Below, piece after piece: positions 40,795 through 54,720 of a stretch of DNA of 64,000 nt. This DNA is from Chrysomallon squamiferum (Eukaryota > Animalia > Mollusca). The notes under the pieces are model-generated. The model was not told where the DNA came from, did no database searches, and saw nothing but the letters and a program-made list of their open reading frames with translations. The position numbers and the translations under genes are program-made. Position 1 is the first letter of the stretch; each line of letters begins with the position of its first letter. The stretch lies in assembly GCA_012295275.1 (NCBI GenBank), contig CM022665.1:10912001-10976000 (forward strand), given 5' to 3'.

Positions 40795-41195
40795 CCTTAC
40801 AGTTGTAGTATCTTTTATCTCATAATTACAGCCTGACTTATTTTACAATTAGTCACTTCTACCTTAGAATTAGACTCTCTGAACAAACAGTTAATTTTTT
40901 TTTTCTTATTTTACATTTAGAATACCTCTTACATTAGTTAATTTTTTCATACACTGCATTTAGTGTCTCTTACCTTATAGTTAAGTTTTTCATACATTAC
41001 TCTCTTATTTCAGTTACATTTTCTTATATTACAGTTACAGAGTTAGTATCTCATACAGTTACAGTTAAATGTTTTGTTACATTACAGATAGTCTCTCTTA
41101 CATACATTACAGTTAATTTTTTCTTACAGTCAGTGTCTCTTACATTACAGTTAGTCTCTTTTACATTACATTTACATTATCTTTTACCTTACAGT
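40795..41195. repeat. ~21-bp minisatellite filling a NELL intron
   Basis: Consensus cttacattacagttagtctct; ends at the donor junction tttac|cttacagtt. Confidence 0.8.
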
Positions 41196-41270
41196 TGCAG
41201 GTCAGACAGCTGTCTACAGTGGACTTCCACACTTCTCCATCACTATGTTCTGCTCCCTCAAACAGACAGG
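41188..41270 (-). CDS. NELL: NELL exon (start of VWC)
   Basis: CLFEGAEHSDGEVWKSTVDSCLTCNCK; 83 nt, phase 1-0. Confidence 0.92.
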
Positions 41271-41429
41271 CTACATGAAGAAAATAATTTAAGAATGAAT
41301 ATTAATTCAAAAAACATTAATATTAAATTAACTGCTATCAGATTATATGAGTTTTTGCTCTGTTTGTTTTGTTTCAAATACATATATATATATAATTTGT
41401 TTGTATGATTGTAAGAATGAGTTATTTTT

Positions 41430-41528
41430 AACAGCAGTAAGAGATGTTTTATGTGCACCTTCCCACAGACAGCAAAGTACATACCATAGCTTTTAATAAG
41501 CTACTCAGAAGATACTGACTGGAAAGGA
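41430..41528 (-). mobile_element. Decayed SINE core
   Basis: caccttccca...aaagtacataccatag...actggaaagg is shared with 59830-59903. Confidence 0.65.
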
Positions 41529-42007
41529 CATTGCAGAAAGTAATATATAAATAAATGTTAAAAAAACACCTAATAATTTACATTAAAAGCTAGGTAAATA
41601 GGTAGACAAAAACAACAGACAGGTAGATATATGTGTTGTATGTAGATATATATATCAATAGACAGCTAGATAGAGCAATAGATAATAAATAGAATTAAAG
41701 ACTGATAGACAGACATATGTACAATTTTATCAAACTTTAAATAAAAAGATAATTAACAGAGGGTGGGTTTTTTTTGTTCGTTTCTTTTAAATCTGATTTA
41801 TTTTTAGTTCTTAACCACTACTCAATGATAAATTTACCATCAAATTTTCTATCATGTGGAAAACATTCATTTTCATTCCCAGTTATTTTTAAATATCATG
41901 TTAGCAGATTAAATTGATCTCACCTGCTATTTGAAACTGAGATATTATAAAGATTTTAAAACAAATGAAAAATAATAATAATAATAAAAGAGAAAGAAAA
42001 CACTTAC

Positions 42008-42124
42008 TTTCTAGACAAGTGTCAGAATGTTTACACTTGCATTCATAACTTCCTTCTGTATTAATGCACTGCATGCTGGGATGGCAAGTGTGGCCACCCC
42101 CTTCACCAATACATTCATTGATGT
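42008..42124 (-). CDS. NELL: NELL exon (calcium-binding EGF)
   Basis: DINECIGEGGGHTCHPSMQCINTEGSYECKCKHSDTCLE; 117 nt, phase 1-1. Confidence 0.95.
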
Positions 42125-42601
42125 CTGCAAAATCAGGTATTTTAAATTAAAATCAACTTATGCATTGCTAATACACATTTTAAAAAAGAAAAATTACAGT
42201 GTGAACTCATTTAAAAATTTGGGTTTTTCTGCATGAACATTAGTTTTAATTACAACTATTACAATTTATTATTCTTATGTATATAACTGTGTGTGTTTGT
42301 GTATGCGTGTTTTGTATGTATGTATATGTATGCTTTTATTTTTCAATTTACATTATATATTCAATATTAGTTTTATAAATATTCCACCTATTGAAAGAAG
42401 AAAAAGGTGGGTTTTTTTAAATAAAAATTTAATGTTTAAAGTTGAAAAATACTGAAGAAAAAAAGAAGTAAATTCAAAAAATTAAATTCAAAAAGAAAAT
42501 GACAAAAACTGCACAAATATATAAAACACAAGAAGAAAAAAAAGACTAGAAAACAATTTCCTAAACTAACAATGCAAATACACAGAGTGCCAAACTGATT
42601 C

Positions 42602-42650
<49 letters not shown>

Positions 42651-42749
42651 GCACTTAGAGAAACCAAAATCTTAGCTATTGAAAAGTAATTTATATACCA
42701 ATTTTTTGTTAGTAAAAATAGTTAATTTCTTTAAACATCAAACTGTCAC

Positions 42750-42784
<35 letters not shown>

Positions 42785-42796
42785 ATAATAATAAAA

Positions 42797-42831
<35 letters not shown>

Positions 42832-44271
42832 ATGTAAATAAATAAATAAAATTCATTAATTTAAAAAATAATAATAACGTAAAAGTTTCCGTCAAGATAC
42901 ATGCCAAAATATTAAAAGTTTCACCCTTTTTTATTTATACACAATTATTTTTACTCAGTATGGAAACAATAAACAAAATTTATTTCAAAATAATTTAAAG
43001 ATTAATATTTTATTATAACATGAAATAATTTTCAGATAAATTTAACAATGTAGTGAAATAAATATAAAATATTAATGAAATTAAAACTGTTGTAAACTTT
43101 TATGTATTTGGAATATATGTGCATGTGCATGCATACAGATTATAAAGTATTTATAATTTTATTTATAGTGTGTGTGCACACATGCGTAAATGGATATTTT
43201 TCTAATACAGAATTCATGGGTTTTATATGATTCATTGATAATTTTGATTAACTATAATATCTCATGCCTTTTTTGATCTTTTAAACAAAACATTCGAAAA
43301 AAAAAAAAACATTTAATCTATATAAAAGAGTTATCCCCCTTACTCCACCGAACGTCCTTAATTAATTACACAATGAACAAGCAACAAAAATAGACTGAAC
43401 TTTTATTCTTTTTTATTTTTAAAAACTTTTTAACCATGACATAATCATATCATCTGTTTTCCTAACCTGTTGAATCATCTGAGAGAGTTCATCAAAGAAA
43501 AAAAAAATTTTTTTTTTTTTTTTTTTTAAATATATGAAAAGAAGAAGGAACAAGATTTCTTAAAAAATACTACTCTTTTCTAATCCATTAGTAAAACCAC
43601 GAGTAACATTACATTAACGCATTTGTCATTTTGATAGTTGTAAAAATCAATTCCATTGGTTTAACGGTATCCCTTTTCACCAGAAACACATCTGTGGTAA
43701 TCCTGCTGAACGAATGAGAATCAATATTAACGGAGTATTGTCAATATGTCGAGACCAAGATGTCTGCTGTAGCTAATCTCATACTCTGATCTCATCATGA
43801 TATGTGACAAGTCTTAGAATAATAAAGGAAGTGATTAAAATGCAGCTAATCCTTTGGGTTCTGAGAGTTGTCTGTAAGCAAACAGAAGCGGCGTCGTCTG
43901 TCAAATCAAACACTACTGGGTGTTCACTTGAGTTTGTCGTTAATAAACACGGAAATTTGTTTACGACTAATGACAGTTGTGAAGTTGTTATTACAGTCTT
44001 TTAATTAATTTTATGACAGAGATAAAGAAAATATGGCTGGATCATGTTATCAAGTTGAATTTCTAGAAATGTAAAAAATCCATTAAGTTTTTATTTCTTT
44101 TGTTTTAGTTTATGAATACAGTACCGTCATTAATGTTAGGATTAATGGTCATTTCCTTCTTTCTTATTTAATTTTCAGCATTGACACTAGCTTAAAACAA
44201 AAAACAGCCCATATTTTTTAAACCCCAAAACATTTATTTATTTATTCATTTATTTATTTATTTATTTTATT

Positions 44272-44310
<39 letters not shown>

Positions 44311-45654
44311 TTTTACATTTTAATCTAGTCAATTCACAACACAATGAATCCAAACGATTTTAATTTAATTTTTTATTTTATTTTATTATTATTATTTTTT
44401 TAAAGCTTGATTTTCTTCTTCTTCAAGCTATTTTTTTTTTTTCTATTAATTGTAACACTAATTTTATCATTATACTGGAACCTTAAATTTTATGTTATCA
44501 AAATTTTCAGATTCCATTTATCATGTTTTATTGTGGTTTCACTGTATCACTACATTTTAATCCTATTTTTAACTCCAACCTGTTAACTAAAAATACTTAT
44601 TCAGATAGATTTAACTTTGGTAAGCAAACAACAGAAGACCATTAAATTACTTAAACATTTGATATGCACACCAAACCAGTTGACTGCTTAAATTAACTTG
44701 CAAATTGCTACAACATGGAGTTAGATGTTTACTTGGCTGGTGAATCAACATGATCTACAACAAGACCAGGATTATGACTAATTAAGTAAACTGTCATTAA
44801 AACCACAGTGGACATTGCCATGGGAGAAACAAATTTTGATTCCAGTTAAAGAAAAAAAAATAAAAGCTCCAAAAAAAGCCCACATTACATACAAACAGAC
44901 ATAACATAATTTTTAGTTTTTGTTTAATTTTTTGCTTTGTTAAATTTTCTAATACTTTTTTAAAATATATAATTATTCTTTTCTTGTTTGTTTTTTTCCC
45001 TTTATTTATCCTTTTGCCCTTTGTTCTTTCTGTTAAAAACAAAATTCCATATATTTTTTAATTTATCTTTTTTTTTCATTTCTACCTTTTTTGTATTTCC
45101 TTTTTTTTTCCTAAGAATTAACAAATATTGGAGAACAAAATCAAAAGCAAACAAACTTTTTGAAAAGAAATTTACAATATTCTACATATGTGGCATTTTC
45201 AGGATGCATTCTTTGATTTCAAGAAATTTCTTCAGTATAAATATTATCTGGATCTGACAATACAGACTACATATGTATAGCAATTATCTATAAAACTTTA
45301 TTAGGTACTAATATCTGAGTCATGCAACTAGTTGTGGATAGCCATCAACAAAAACTGAATCAGAATATTCATATACAAAAGAAACAGTTACATACATATA
45401 TACAAAATTTTGAGACTGATAAACAATATGCAAAAATATAATTATGAAGTTCCAAAATTAATGTGCGAATATAACGGTATGTCTATGGTTAGGAATAGTT
45501 TTATAATGTCTCCAATTCAGTCACTGGTCATCACAAATATTGGGCCTAAAATGAACATTACAGCATGCCTGTAGTTTTGTAATGTCTTGAATTCAGTTAA
45601 AAGACTGGGCTTAAAATGAAGATTGTGATCACTGATTGGGTACAGGCATAAAAA

Positions 45655-45745
45655 TGGGCTACTCCTGTTGATTAGAAGCAGTGGATCCTTTATAATGTAT
45701 GGGTAGGAAAGCACACACCTTGACCTTTGATAAAATGCCCTTACA
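45655..45745 (-). mobile_element. Decayed SINE core
   Basis: gattagaagcagtggatcctttata...aggaaagcacacacc...cctttgataaa aligns with the 59795 copy. Confidence 0.55.
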
Positions 45746-46056
45746 GCTAATCCTTGTTTGTTTTTGTTTTTTGTCTTCATTAGTTTAAATAAGAAATGAT
45801 TAGGAAAGGTAATAACTGAACTGAAATCAAAGAAACCATGCTGATTTATGTACACTCATACACACATCTAAATGTACAGAAGTATATATTTACACACATA
45901 TTTTTGTAACTAAATACAAAAATATTTTAAATACTTTGAAAATGTAAACTATATAACAAAATATATTTAAAAAATCAACAAACAACTAAAATAAACAAAA
46001 GAATAAAGTAAAGCACAATGCAGACATCACACAATTATTATGATGGCAATTAGTAC

Positions 46057-46197
46057 CTAGACAAAGACTGCCATAATGGTTGTCAGGCCAGTTGCTATGG
46101 AAACCTTCAAGGCAATCACAGTGGTACCAACCAGGTAAATTGATACAAACTGAATGACCACGACAGGCAGAAATGCCCAGTGCACATTCGTCAATAT
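46057..46197 (-). CDS. NELL: NELL exon (calcium-binding EGF)
   Basis: DIDECALGISACRGHSVCINLPGWYHCDCLEGFH...SLCL; CINLPGWYHC is characteristic of NELL; 141 nt. Confidence 0.96.
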   Translation of the reverse strand: MLTNVHWAFLPVVVIQFVSIYLVGTTVIALKVSIATGLTTIMAVFV

Positions 46198-46554
46198 CTA
46201 GAATGACATAAATTGTGACTTACATAAAATAAATAAATAAATAACAATTTTAACAGGACCTTAAAAGCCGAATCAGTGAAATGTAAATCAACTGAATCTA
46301 TGTTACCAAATATATTATGTCTTTTAGATTTATTGGATGCCCAAATTATGAACTAATTAAGCTGGTTGCAGACAGAAGTCTGTTTGTATAACAGTTATTA
46401 TTGTTACCACAAGTTATCTCTGTTATCACCTGATACTTGCTGTGTGATCTGGTTTCTTTGTATGTTGCTGGTGTTCATTTTCTACCATCACTTTCTCTAA
46501 TTACTTACTAATTAACAGGAGAATACATTGATGGTTGGTAAAATCAGTATTCTC

Positions 46555-46760
46555 CACAGCTGATGTTTGTATACAACTTGTGATTGTGTAAAATATTATT
46601 CATTGTTGATATTTGTGTAAAACAGTATTATTTACAGTTCATGTTTGTGTAAAAAAAATCAAACAATTGATATTTGTGTAAACCAATAATTTGCCTTTGC
46701 AAAAAAAAAAAAAATATATATATATATATATATAAACAGTATTCTGCAGAGTCGATGTTG
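46555..46760. repeat. ~32-bp degenerate minisatellite
   Basis: Repeated tgat(a/g)tttgtgtaaaa. Confidence 0.6.
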
Positions 46761-47767
46761 TTTTTATATATTAAAAACAAATAGTTTTTCTGAAAGCAAT
46801 TTGGACAAATAGTTTGTTTTGGTGTGAAGTTTATAAACAGGTAATCTCAAAGAGTAATAAACGGGTATAAATAATTATTTAATGTCCATAAGCACCAAAA
46901 GACTTTTGCCATTGTATATAGATAGTGCCAGGCAAAAGATACAATACATATCAATTATTTATTATATAGTCCATAAAGCTTTACATAAGTCAAAAATTAT
47001 CTGAGGTCAATAAATATTTTGAAAATGAATCTATGACATGAGGTTGAAATTACCCTGATTTAAAATTTAAAATTTCTGTTTTTGTTATTATTGTTATTAA
47101 ACTCATCAGAATATTTAACATTATTTTTCTTTTCTTTATTGTTTTTGGACTAATTTGGTACCCCAGAGCTTGCTACAGAACACACTATGTAGAAACCATC
47201 TTGATTTTAAAATCTTGTATCACATCAGTGTTAAACATTTCTGACAGTAATATGACTAGAGACAGTTTATAACAGCTGTTGTAGTCTTCAGCCCTGACTC
47301 ATCCAGTACTAACTGGGAATACTTCTAGTTTGATGATCTAGAGAACACTTGTGTGTATTTTGGTGTAAAACATTGCAACTGGTACATTAGAACTTAATAT
47401 ATGCTGTATAATATATGTGACATCATTAATGGGATAAATGGCATAATTAGAACAAAATCTTTAATAGATTGTATGTTCTTCAGAATATAGCATCATGCTA
47501 ATTATATTTAATTCGGTAATATTTAAAACTGATGATGAAATAAAATGATTTAAAAAATAATTGTAACTGGTATTTATTGATATTCATGAAAGGCTGTGTT
47601 GATTTTCATTATCAAACCTTTTTTGTTTTGATAATTTAAAGCCTTATGGTTCACAGCAAGAACATTCATCTTCTGCATAATTGTGATACAAAAATTCTAT
47701 TATATTTTCTTAACATACATTTTAAAAATAATAATAATATAAAAATAAATAAATTTACAAAACTTAC

Positions 47768-47863
47768 CAAGTTCACAGTTTGGGCCAATGTAACCATGGC
47801 GACATTCACAAACATTTGGTGCCACACAGCGTCCACCATTGAGACACAGTCCATGACATTTTG
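47768..47863 (-). CDS. NELL: NELL exon (EGF); most 5' exon identified in the window
   Basis: KCHGLCLNGGRCVAPNVCECRHGYIGPNCEL|GTAAGT; 96 nt, phase 1-1. Confidence 0.95.
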
Positions 47864-48164
47864 CTAAAATTAATTAAAAATTAAAAGAAGGTTAAAATGC
47901 AAATTGTATAAAAAAGATTCTTTGTTAATTCATGTACGATAAATTAAAATACAAATGTATCTAACTAACAGATATTACTTCATACCTTAATCATAACAAA
48001 AATGGCATAAAACAAAAAATAAATGTGTTTTATAAAATAAAATATTTTTTCCTTGCATAACAAGAAACAGTATAGAGTATCATTCAGTACTAAACTATTC
48101 CACCAATACACTGGTTACACTTTAGATATTTTCACAACACTCAGTACTCATAGATTAAAAATTA

Positions 48165-48830
48165 AACATGACAGACCAAGGTGGCATTATGAAGGTTTGT
48201 CTTGAACTATGTCAGTATATACAGATAAAACTGAAACGTAATACAGCAAGACAGCATAATGAAGACTTTTTTTTTTTTTTTTTGGACATCATCACTTCAT
48301 ACAAAAGCTAAACATAAGTGGTATAACGAAGTCTAGTCTTAAACCCCTTTAGAACATTTGGATGATGATGTATACAGTGGCTTAAACCCTTCCAGTAATA
48401 CAGAAAAAAATGAAACCTGATAGACCAAAGTGCCCTAATGAAGGTTTGTCTTGAAACCCTTTAATACATACAGTTAAACATGAAACATAAAGAGCAAAGT
48501 ACATATAAAGAGGGGTGAAACTTGATGAAAACTTGTCTTGAGCCCCTTTAGAATATACAATAGTGTAATGGACCAAATTGGCTTGAACCCCCTCAGTACA
48601 AATAAACAGGTGAAATACGATGAAAAAGTGTCTAGAAAAATATAAACAAACATGAAACATAATAGACAAAATTCATTTGAACCCTCTCAGTACATACAGA
48701 TAAAGGTGAAACATGAAAGCTTGTCTTCAAAACCCTAACAATATACAAAGGTGTAGCAATATTGACCAGAGTGGTTCAAATACTCTCAGTACAAGTAGTC
48801 AGGGGTGAAACATAATGAAGGCTTGTTCCA
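48165..48830. repeat. Degenerate tandem repeat
   Basis: atgaaggtttgtcttgaa-like cores at ~48189, 48438, 48525, 48713 and 48815, plus ccctcagtaca and tgaaacat motifs. Confidence 0.65.
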
Positions 48831-49754
48831 GAGACAAATGGATTGAGGGTGAATAATGGCCTGCCATTTGACCTCTTAGGCAAAACCTATCACTGTCAGT
48901 CATTCTGTCAATGCAACACCAACTGATGCAGCACGGACCCATGCACTTCATGATTGATCCTGTTCTGCCCTCCGAACCTGTTATTTACACGTCATTGCTC
49001 TTGTCTCCTGAATATGCCACCAGCTGTCAATCAAACCTGACAGTACAGTGGACACAACTGCCAATGGTTTTACCACTCACAAGATTATATGTTAGCCACA
49101 GTCAAAACTCAGATATATATTAATATTTTTTTTTTATATCAGTGGACATAACAACCAAAAGTTTTACCATTAATTAGACTGAATGTTGGTCATTGAATAA
49201 AAAATGATTTTTTTTAGACATAATCACCAATGATTTTGCCATAGCAGCAATAAAAACTGAAATTTCTTTCTTTCTTATTTTTTCTTTTTTTACTCCTTCC
49301 CCACTGGAAGAATAAACATATTAAATTTGATACGTGGCCAATACTTGTGACCTGGTGATAATCTAGGAAGAATATTTTTTTCCTATTTTAAGACAGATTT
49401 CAAAGGACTATGTCAGACCAAGTGACTGGTTTATACTGTAATGTGGAAATCTAAACCTTCTGAAGTGTCTGTTGAAGAGACTCAGTCTTTCACATCAAAG
49501 GGTCAGACAGTTGTGACATGGCACTGTACATCAGCAGCTAATAAGAAAAGAAGATTCTCGTCTAGACACAGCTTCTTGTTAATAATTATATCAGCAGGCA
49601 AAACCTGATTCAATCATAGCAAATAAAAAATAAAAATTAAGAAAAAAGAAGCCTTGATATTTCCAGCTCTTGTGTTGGCCAAAGTGAAAATTGTACAAAT
49701 AATCATTGGAAGAGTTTGTCCTAGAGAGCCAGTATATTTGGGGATGTGGTTACA

Positions 49755-50055
49755 AGGGACTAATGTTCTGGAGGAACAAATGCTGAGGCAGGATATTGTT
49801 TAAAAGGGTAAATATCCCAGGGGATACTATCTTAGGGGGGACTACTATTCAGGGGAGGACAATGTTTGGGAGGGTAAATGTCCAAGGAGATATTACATTG
49901 GTGGTACTAATATTCAGGGGTGGATATCCAGGGTATACTGACCTTAAGATTAATATAAATGGTGATATTTCCCTGGATGAATAAAGTCTAGCGGAATTCT
50001 GATATTGTCCTGGGAGTTCCAGTGTTATATTTTTTGAGTGGGCTAATGTCCAGGA
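49755..50055. repeat. G-rich short-period repeat (gggactaatgtccaggg-like)
   Basis: Multiple ~17-19-bp degenerate units. Confidence 0.55.
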
Positions 50056-51321
50056 CTGAAAAAGATTTTTGAATCTCATTTTGGCCAAGGTGAAGTTATG
50101 AAACAAATATCAGTTAAATAGAAAGTAGTATTAGTTTCAGCAGGAAGAACTAATGTCATTTATAACCTCATACTTGCTATTTTAGAAGATCTCAGACTAA
50201 TGTCACATTGTAGGTGGTGATATTAATAATTTTTATTGTCACAAGTTTAACTGGTATGTTGTGACAATGTAAAAAAAATATCAGTCATATTTTCAATTCA
50301 AAATAATTTAGTAGAAGAAGAGTAAATATTATTATTACAGTTATTTTCTGAAATGTGACCAGATGATGTAAAAGAATACATAGTTATTATTGTATCTTTT
50401 TTAAAAAAGAAAATCAAAAATGGTTTCAGTATTGGTTTGTAGGTGTTAATGCTATTGTATATATATGTACATTTGTATGTGTGTGTGTTAATGTATACTC
50501 ATGTATAAGTCTTTCAGTATGTTTTTTCATTTAAATGATATTAAAATTAAATATTTTCTGCTTCCATAATTCCAGTTCATAGTCTATTGATCCCAAAATT
50601 CCTACTTTCATATTTTACATTCATCAAGCATCAGTATTCCTGTTTATCTTATTCCTGTAATTATCATCCCTATCTCTCATTCCAGAGTAACTGTTCTACA
50701 AGTTTATATTATCATTATCAATGTTATTATCTTGTTAGTGCCCTAAATAATAAACACACTGAGTCCAAGAGACTGGAGGTTCTTCATCATTTTACCTAGA
50801 GCAAGCCAGTGAAATCTTACAATAGCCAAAGTTATAGAAATGACCAATACATCATAGTACAGACAACGACATTCTGACTAACCAACTGACTGACCATCTG
50901 ACAGGCTGTAGCAGAGATGCACCTCTCAAGCAGTCAGTTGTGCTTGGCATAAACAACAAACAGTGAACATTTACTGGATGCTTTTCAACTAAAATCAAAG
51001 ACATCGCGTTTTGCCAGGTGCATGAAAACTAATGATCATCCGTTCCTCACAATTAACTGAAGGGCTTTTGTAATTACAGGGACATGCCAGAAACAGCAGG
51101 GACACTAAGGAAAATCACCAGGGAGTGGACAGAGGTGTCAGGGATTAGGAGTAGTGGAAATATCAGCCCACATTCATCATGATCAGTTGTTCAGTTGTCC
51201 ACTGAAATTCCAGGCTAGGATTCAGTTTCTCAGGCTCCCAACTGGTCAATGTTTATACTAATGATGGTATTGTGCATTTGAGAAAGAATATGTTGTACAT
51301 AATCTGGGTGATTAATATACA

Positions 51322-51380
<59 letters not shown>

Positions 51381-51540
51381 GAACAGATATATACTGGTTA
51401 ATATTTAAAATAGTGACAGCATTATACATTTGGTAACAAATCATGTTATGCATAGCCTGGGTGAATAATTTTTATGTATTATACATATTCTGGTCTTCTG
51501 AATGTTGAAATAAAAATTCTCTATATACTAGAAACATAAA

Positions 51541-51594
<54 letters not shown>

Positions 51595-52429
51595 ATTCAG
51601 AAATTAAACATTATTCTGACACCAATCTTTTTAGAAATCTAGTATCAAATAAATTTTGTATTGTAAAAAAATTAAAAATTAAAAACCTAAAGAAAACCCC
51701 AATAAAACAAGAGAAAAAACAGCAGTTCACCTAGACTATCTACATGTGTATCTTAAACCAAGTCAACTTCAGTTACAGTAATAACTGTTTATATATGAGA
51801 AGTAACCTACATGTGCATAGCAAAATGTTTAGACCTACTGACCATTCAGCCATATTTGTTTGGATGTTAAAATATCTGTACCAGAAATGCACACTATTAA
51901 TGGTACCTTCCCTTGACTTTATTTATTATTATTATTGTTAATAATGACCTGAAAAGTGATGCAGATGTATGTTCATGTCTTTGAAGAACATAAATTGTTT
52001 TCAGACATCCTGATTGCTATGTTGTATTAAAGATTTACTACAGTTCAGTGGGTCAAACCAAATAAACCAATAATTATTTATAGTCTTTTTCTGTTTTAGT
52101 TTATATTTTTGGAAGAAAAAAAAGATATATATGTATACCTGTGTGTGTGTGTGTAATTTTCATAAAAAGCCAAATTTATAATTAATAAAATTCATTAATA
52201 TTCATTAACATATTAATATATTTATTAATATTAAATTTTTATTTTTATTTATTTATTATTATTATTATACTTATTATTATTATTTTCTTGTTTTTGTGAA
52301 TTTTAGTAATAAAGAAATGGGAGCTTTTGAAGATGCATGCACAACTCGCGGGAATGTGAAAGAGCTAGCAAGGAAAATACTGTGGAATAAATAAAGTATT
52401 AAGTGTAAAATGTGTTAAGTATTAACTAT

Positions 52430-53520
52430 GTTCAAGTCTTATCTACACCTGACTGGAACAAACAGACCATGGTAGTGACTTATGGTCATAATCTGAAGTG
52501 TAAAAGAGAAATAAAATAATACACAGAATTAAATTTCTCAAATTTGCCTGCTACAAATGTTTTAGTGAAAATAAAAGGTAAAGGCTTCAAGTAAAATGTC
52601 TTTATTTATATTAAACTGGAAACAATGTAACAACTTCTTATGTTCTAAATTTCTGAAATGTTTCTTTATCACTGACATGTAATCATCTTTCAGCTACATC
52701 TAGATTAGTATGGAACAGAATGACTGTGATGTCAAGTAATGATCATTGCCTTATGTTCAGTCTTTCCACAATACATGTTTCTTGTACTTGACTTACAATT
52801 TAATTTCACATACTTTATTTAAAGAAAAAAAAAAAAGAAAAAAAACATATTCAATGAAAGGTAAAAGTGTCTAAGTAAAATATCTTTTAAAATAAAAACT
52901 ATTTAACAATATCTGATGTTCCACTGATTCTAAATTTCTTAACTTTTTTTTTTTTTTATCACTGCGACATGGCTACATTTCAACCTTACTTAGAGTTGTG
53001 TGGAACAATTGTGTCATGTAATTGACAGAAATCTTTTTAAAAAATAACTAATTTGTAGTTAAATGTCTCATACTTCATTTACTTAGTGAAAGGAAAAGGT
53101 GAAAACTTCTGTCTAAATCAAAATATCTTTATTTCTTTTAAACTGGAAACAGTTTAACAATTTCTGATGTTCAGCTGGTTCTACATTTCTGAAAAGTTTC
53201 TTTATCATTAACAAGTGGCAACATCCCAGCCATATCTAGAACTGAATGGAACAAACTGATTATGTTGGTGGTGACTTATCACAGTAGAGCTATGTACAGT
53301 CCTTTCTTAAACAGAACTAACTTCATTTAAATTAAATGTCTCAAATTTTTATCTACTGCATAACGCTAAGTGAAAGGAAAGGGGTGATGACTCCCATCTT
53401 GAGTGAAAGATCTTCTTAAAACTGGAAACACTTTAACAACAAATTAAGCTGATTCTGTCTAAAGTTTCTGAAATCTTTCATTACCATTGACATGTGGCTA
53501 CATCCCGGCTCTATTCGCTT
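52430..53520. repeat. ~250-290-bp tandem repeat, about 4 diverged copies
   Basis: Anchors tggaaca at ~52454, 52710, 53001 and 53247, and aactggaaaca at ~52614, 53141 and 53420. Confidence 0.8.
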
Positions 53521-54519
53521 TCAACATGAAACTCAATGACTGATGTAATTCGTCTAAACATTAAACAGAAAGACATGATCTCATTACATACTGAGTTTTA
53601 TCCCTGGACCTTTTAGAAGGATCATTATCTAATCAGCTAGTTTTCAAATTACACAGGTACCTCTATGCTGGTTTCACTGACAGCAGTTGAGATGTAAGAC
53701 TGACTTTTCATTCTGACTGAATACTGAACAGATTGGTGTGTTTGACTGATGTTAGTCATGTGGGTGAAACTGCAGGGCAGAGTAAATTAAAAGTTATCTT
53801 ATTATTTTTATTAAATGACCAGCACTGGTTGATGTTAATTAGTAAATCCTTGTTCACAAACACATGATTTCTTGTCCTAGTCTAGTAATGCTAAGATTTA
53901 TTAATAGTTTGGAAATAAATATCTGTATTCCTAAATCAAGAATTTTTATTATTTAAAAAACCAAAAAAAATAACCCACCAAAACCAAACAAAACAACAAC
54001 AATCTTTTATTTTTAATTTTTTTTTTTTTTTTTTAAGAACCTGGACAATATCATTTATTAAGATGCTCTCTATAAGATTATTTGATGCTAAATATTTTAT
54101 TCTTCCATTGGCTTTGGAAGATATTTTTCATGTCAACTGATCTACTCATATCAAACACATACATGTACAAGTATTCCTCTTCAGTGTTTTCCCAGCATTT
54201 ATTGTAGCAAAACCAATTGTTATTAAAAGACAAAAAATGATTAAAAATAAAAACAAATTAAAAAGAGATGTCATTCAAATATCAGTTAAAAATAGTTATT
54301 ATTCAAGAACCTGTTAACAATTAAAAATAACAAAAACGGTTATGAATAATTATTAGTAAAAACATAATTAAGAGCAGTCATTAATCAAAAAGCAGTTAAG
54401 AACTGTTATTATTCAGAAGTCAATTAAAATCCATTCAGTTTTCTTTTACTATTTATTTAACCAGTTCCTTATCTTTTGTCCATAATTTGTAACTCAGTCT
54501 TATTTTGCAAACAGACAGG

Positions 54520-54720
54520 TCAGTAGTGGCAACTGCAACATCTGTCACTCTACACTAAGAAGGTCACTATAAGAGAAACTAAAAAGAAGACAACTACAAC
54601 AACTGTCACAATGTTACACTGGTCACTACTCAGAAATTCTATGACAGACAAGATAACAGCAACAACTGTCACGACGTTAGCTGACCACTGTAAGAGAAAT
54701 TCAAATACAGACAAATCAAC
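54520..54720. repeat. ~60-bp tandem repeat, about 3 copies
   Basis: Repeated caacaactgtcac...ggtcact...agaaat...agaca. Confidence 0.65.

Noticed and set aside
50816-50900. Minus-strand donor GTAAG at 50820 as the next NELL exon
   Set aside because: The required phase-1 frame has TGA 11 codons upstream and no EGF motif; at most a non-coding exon.
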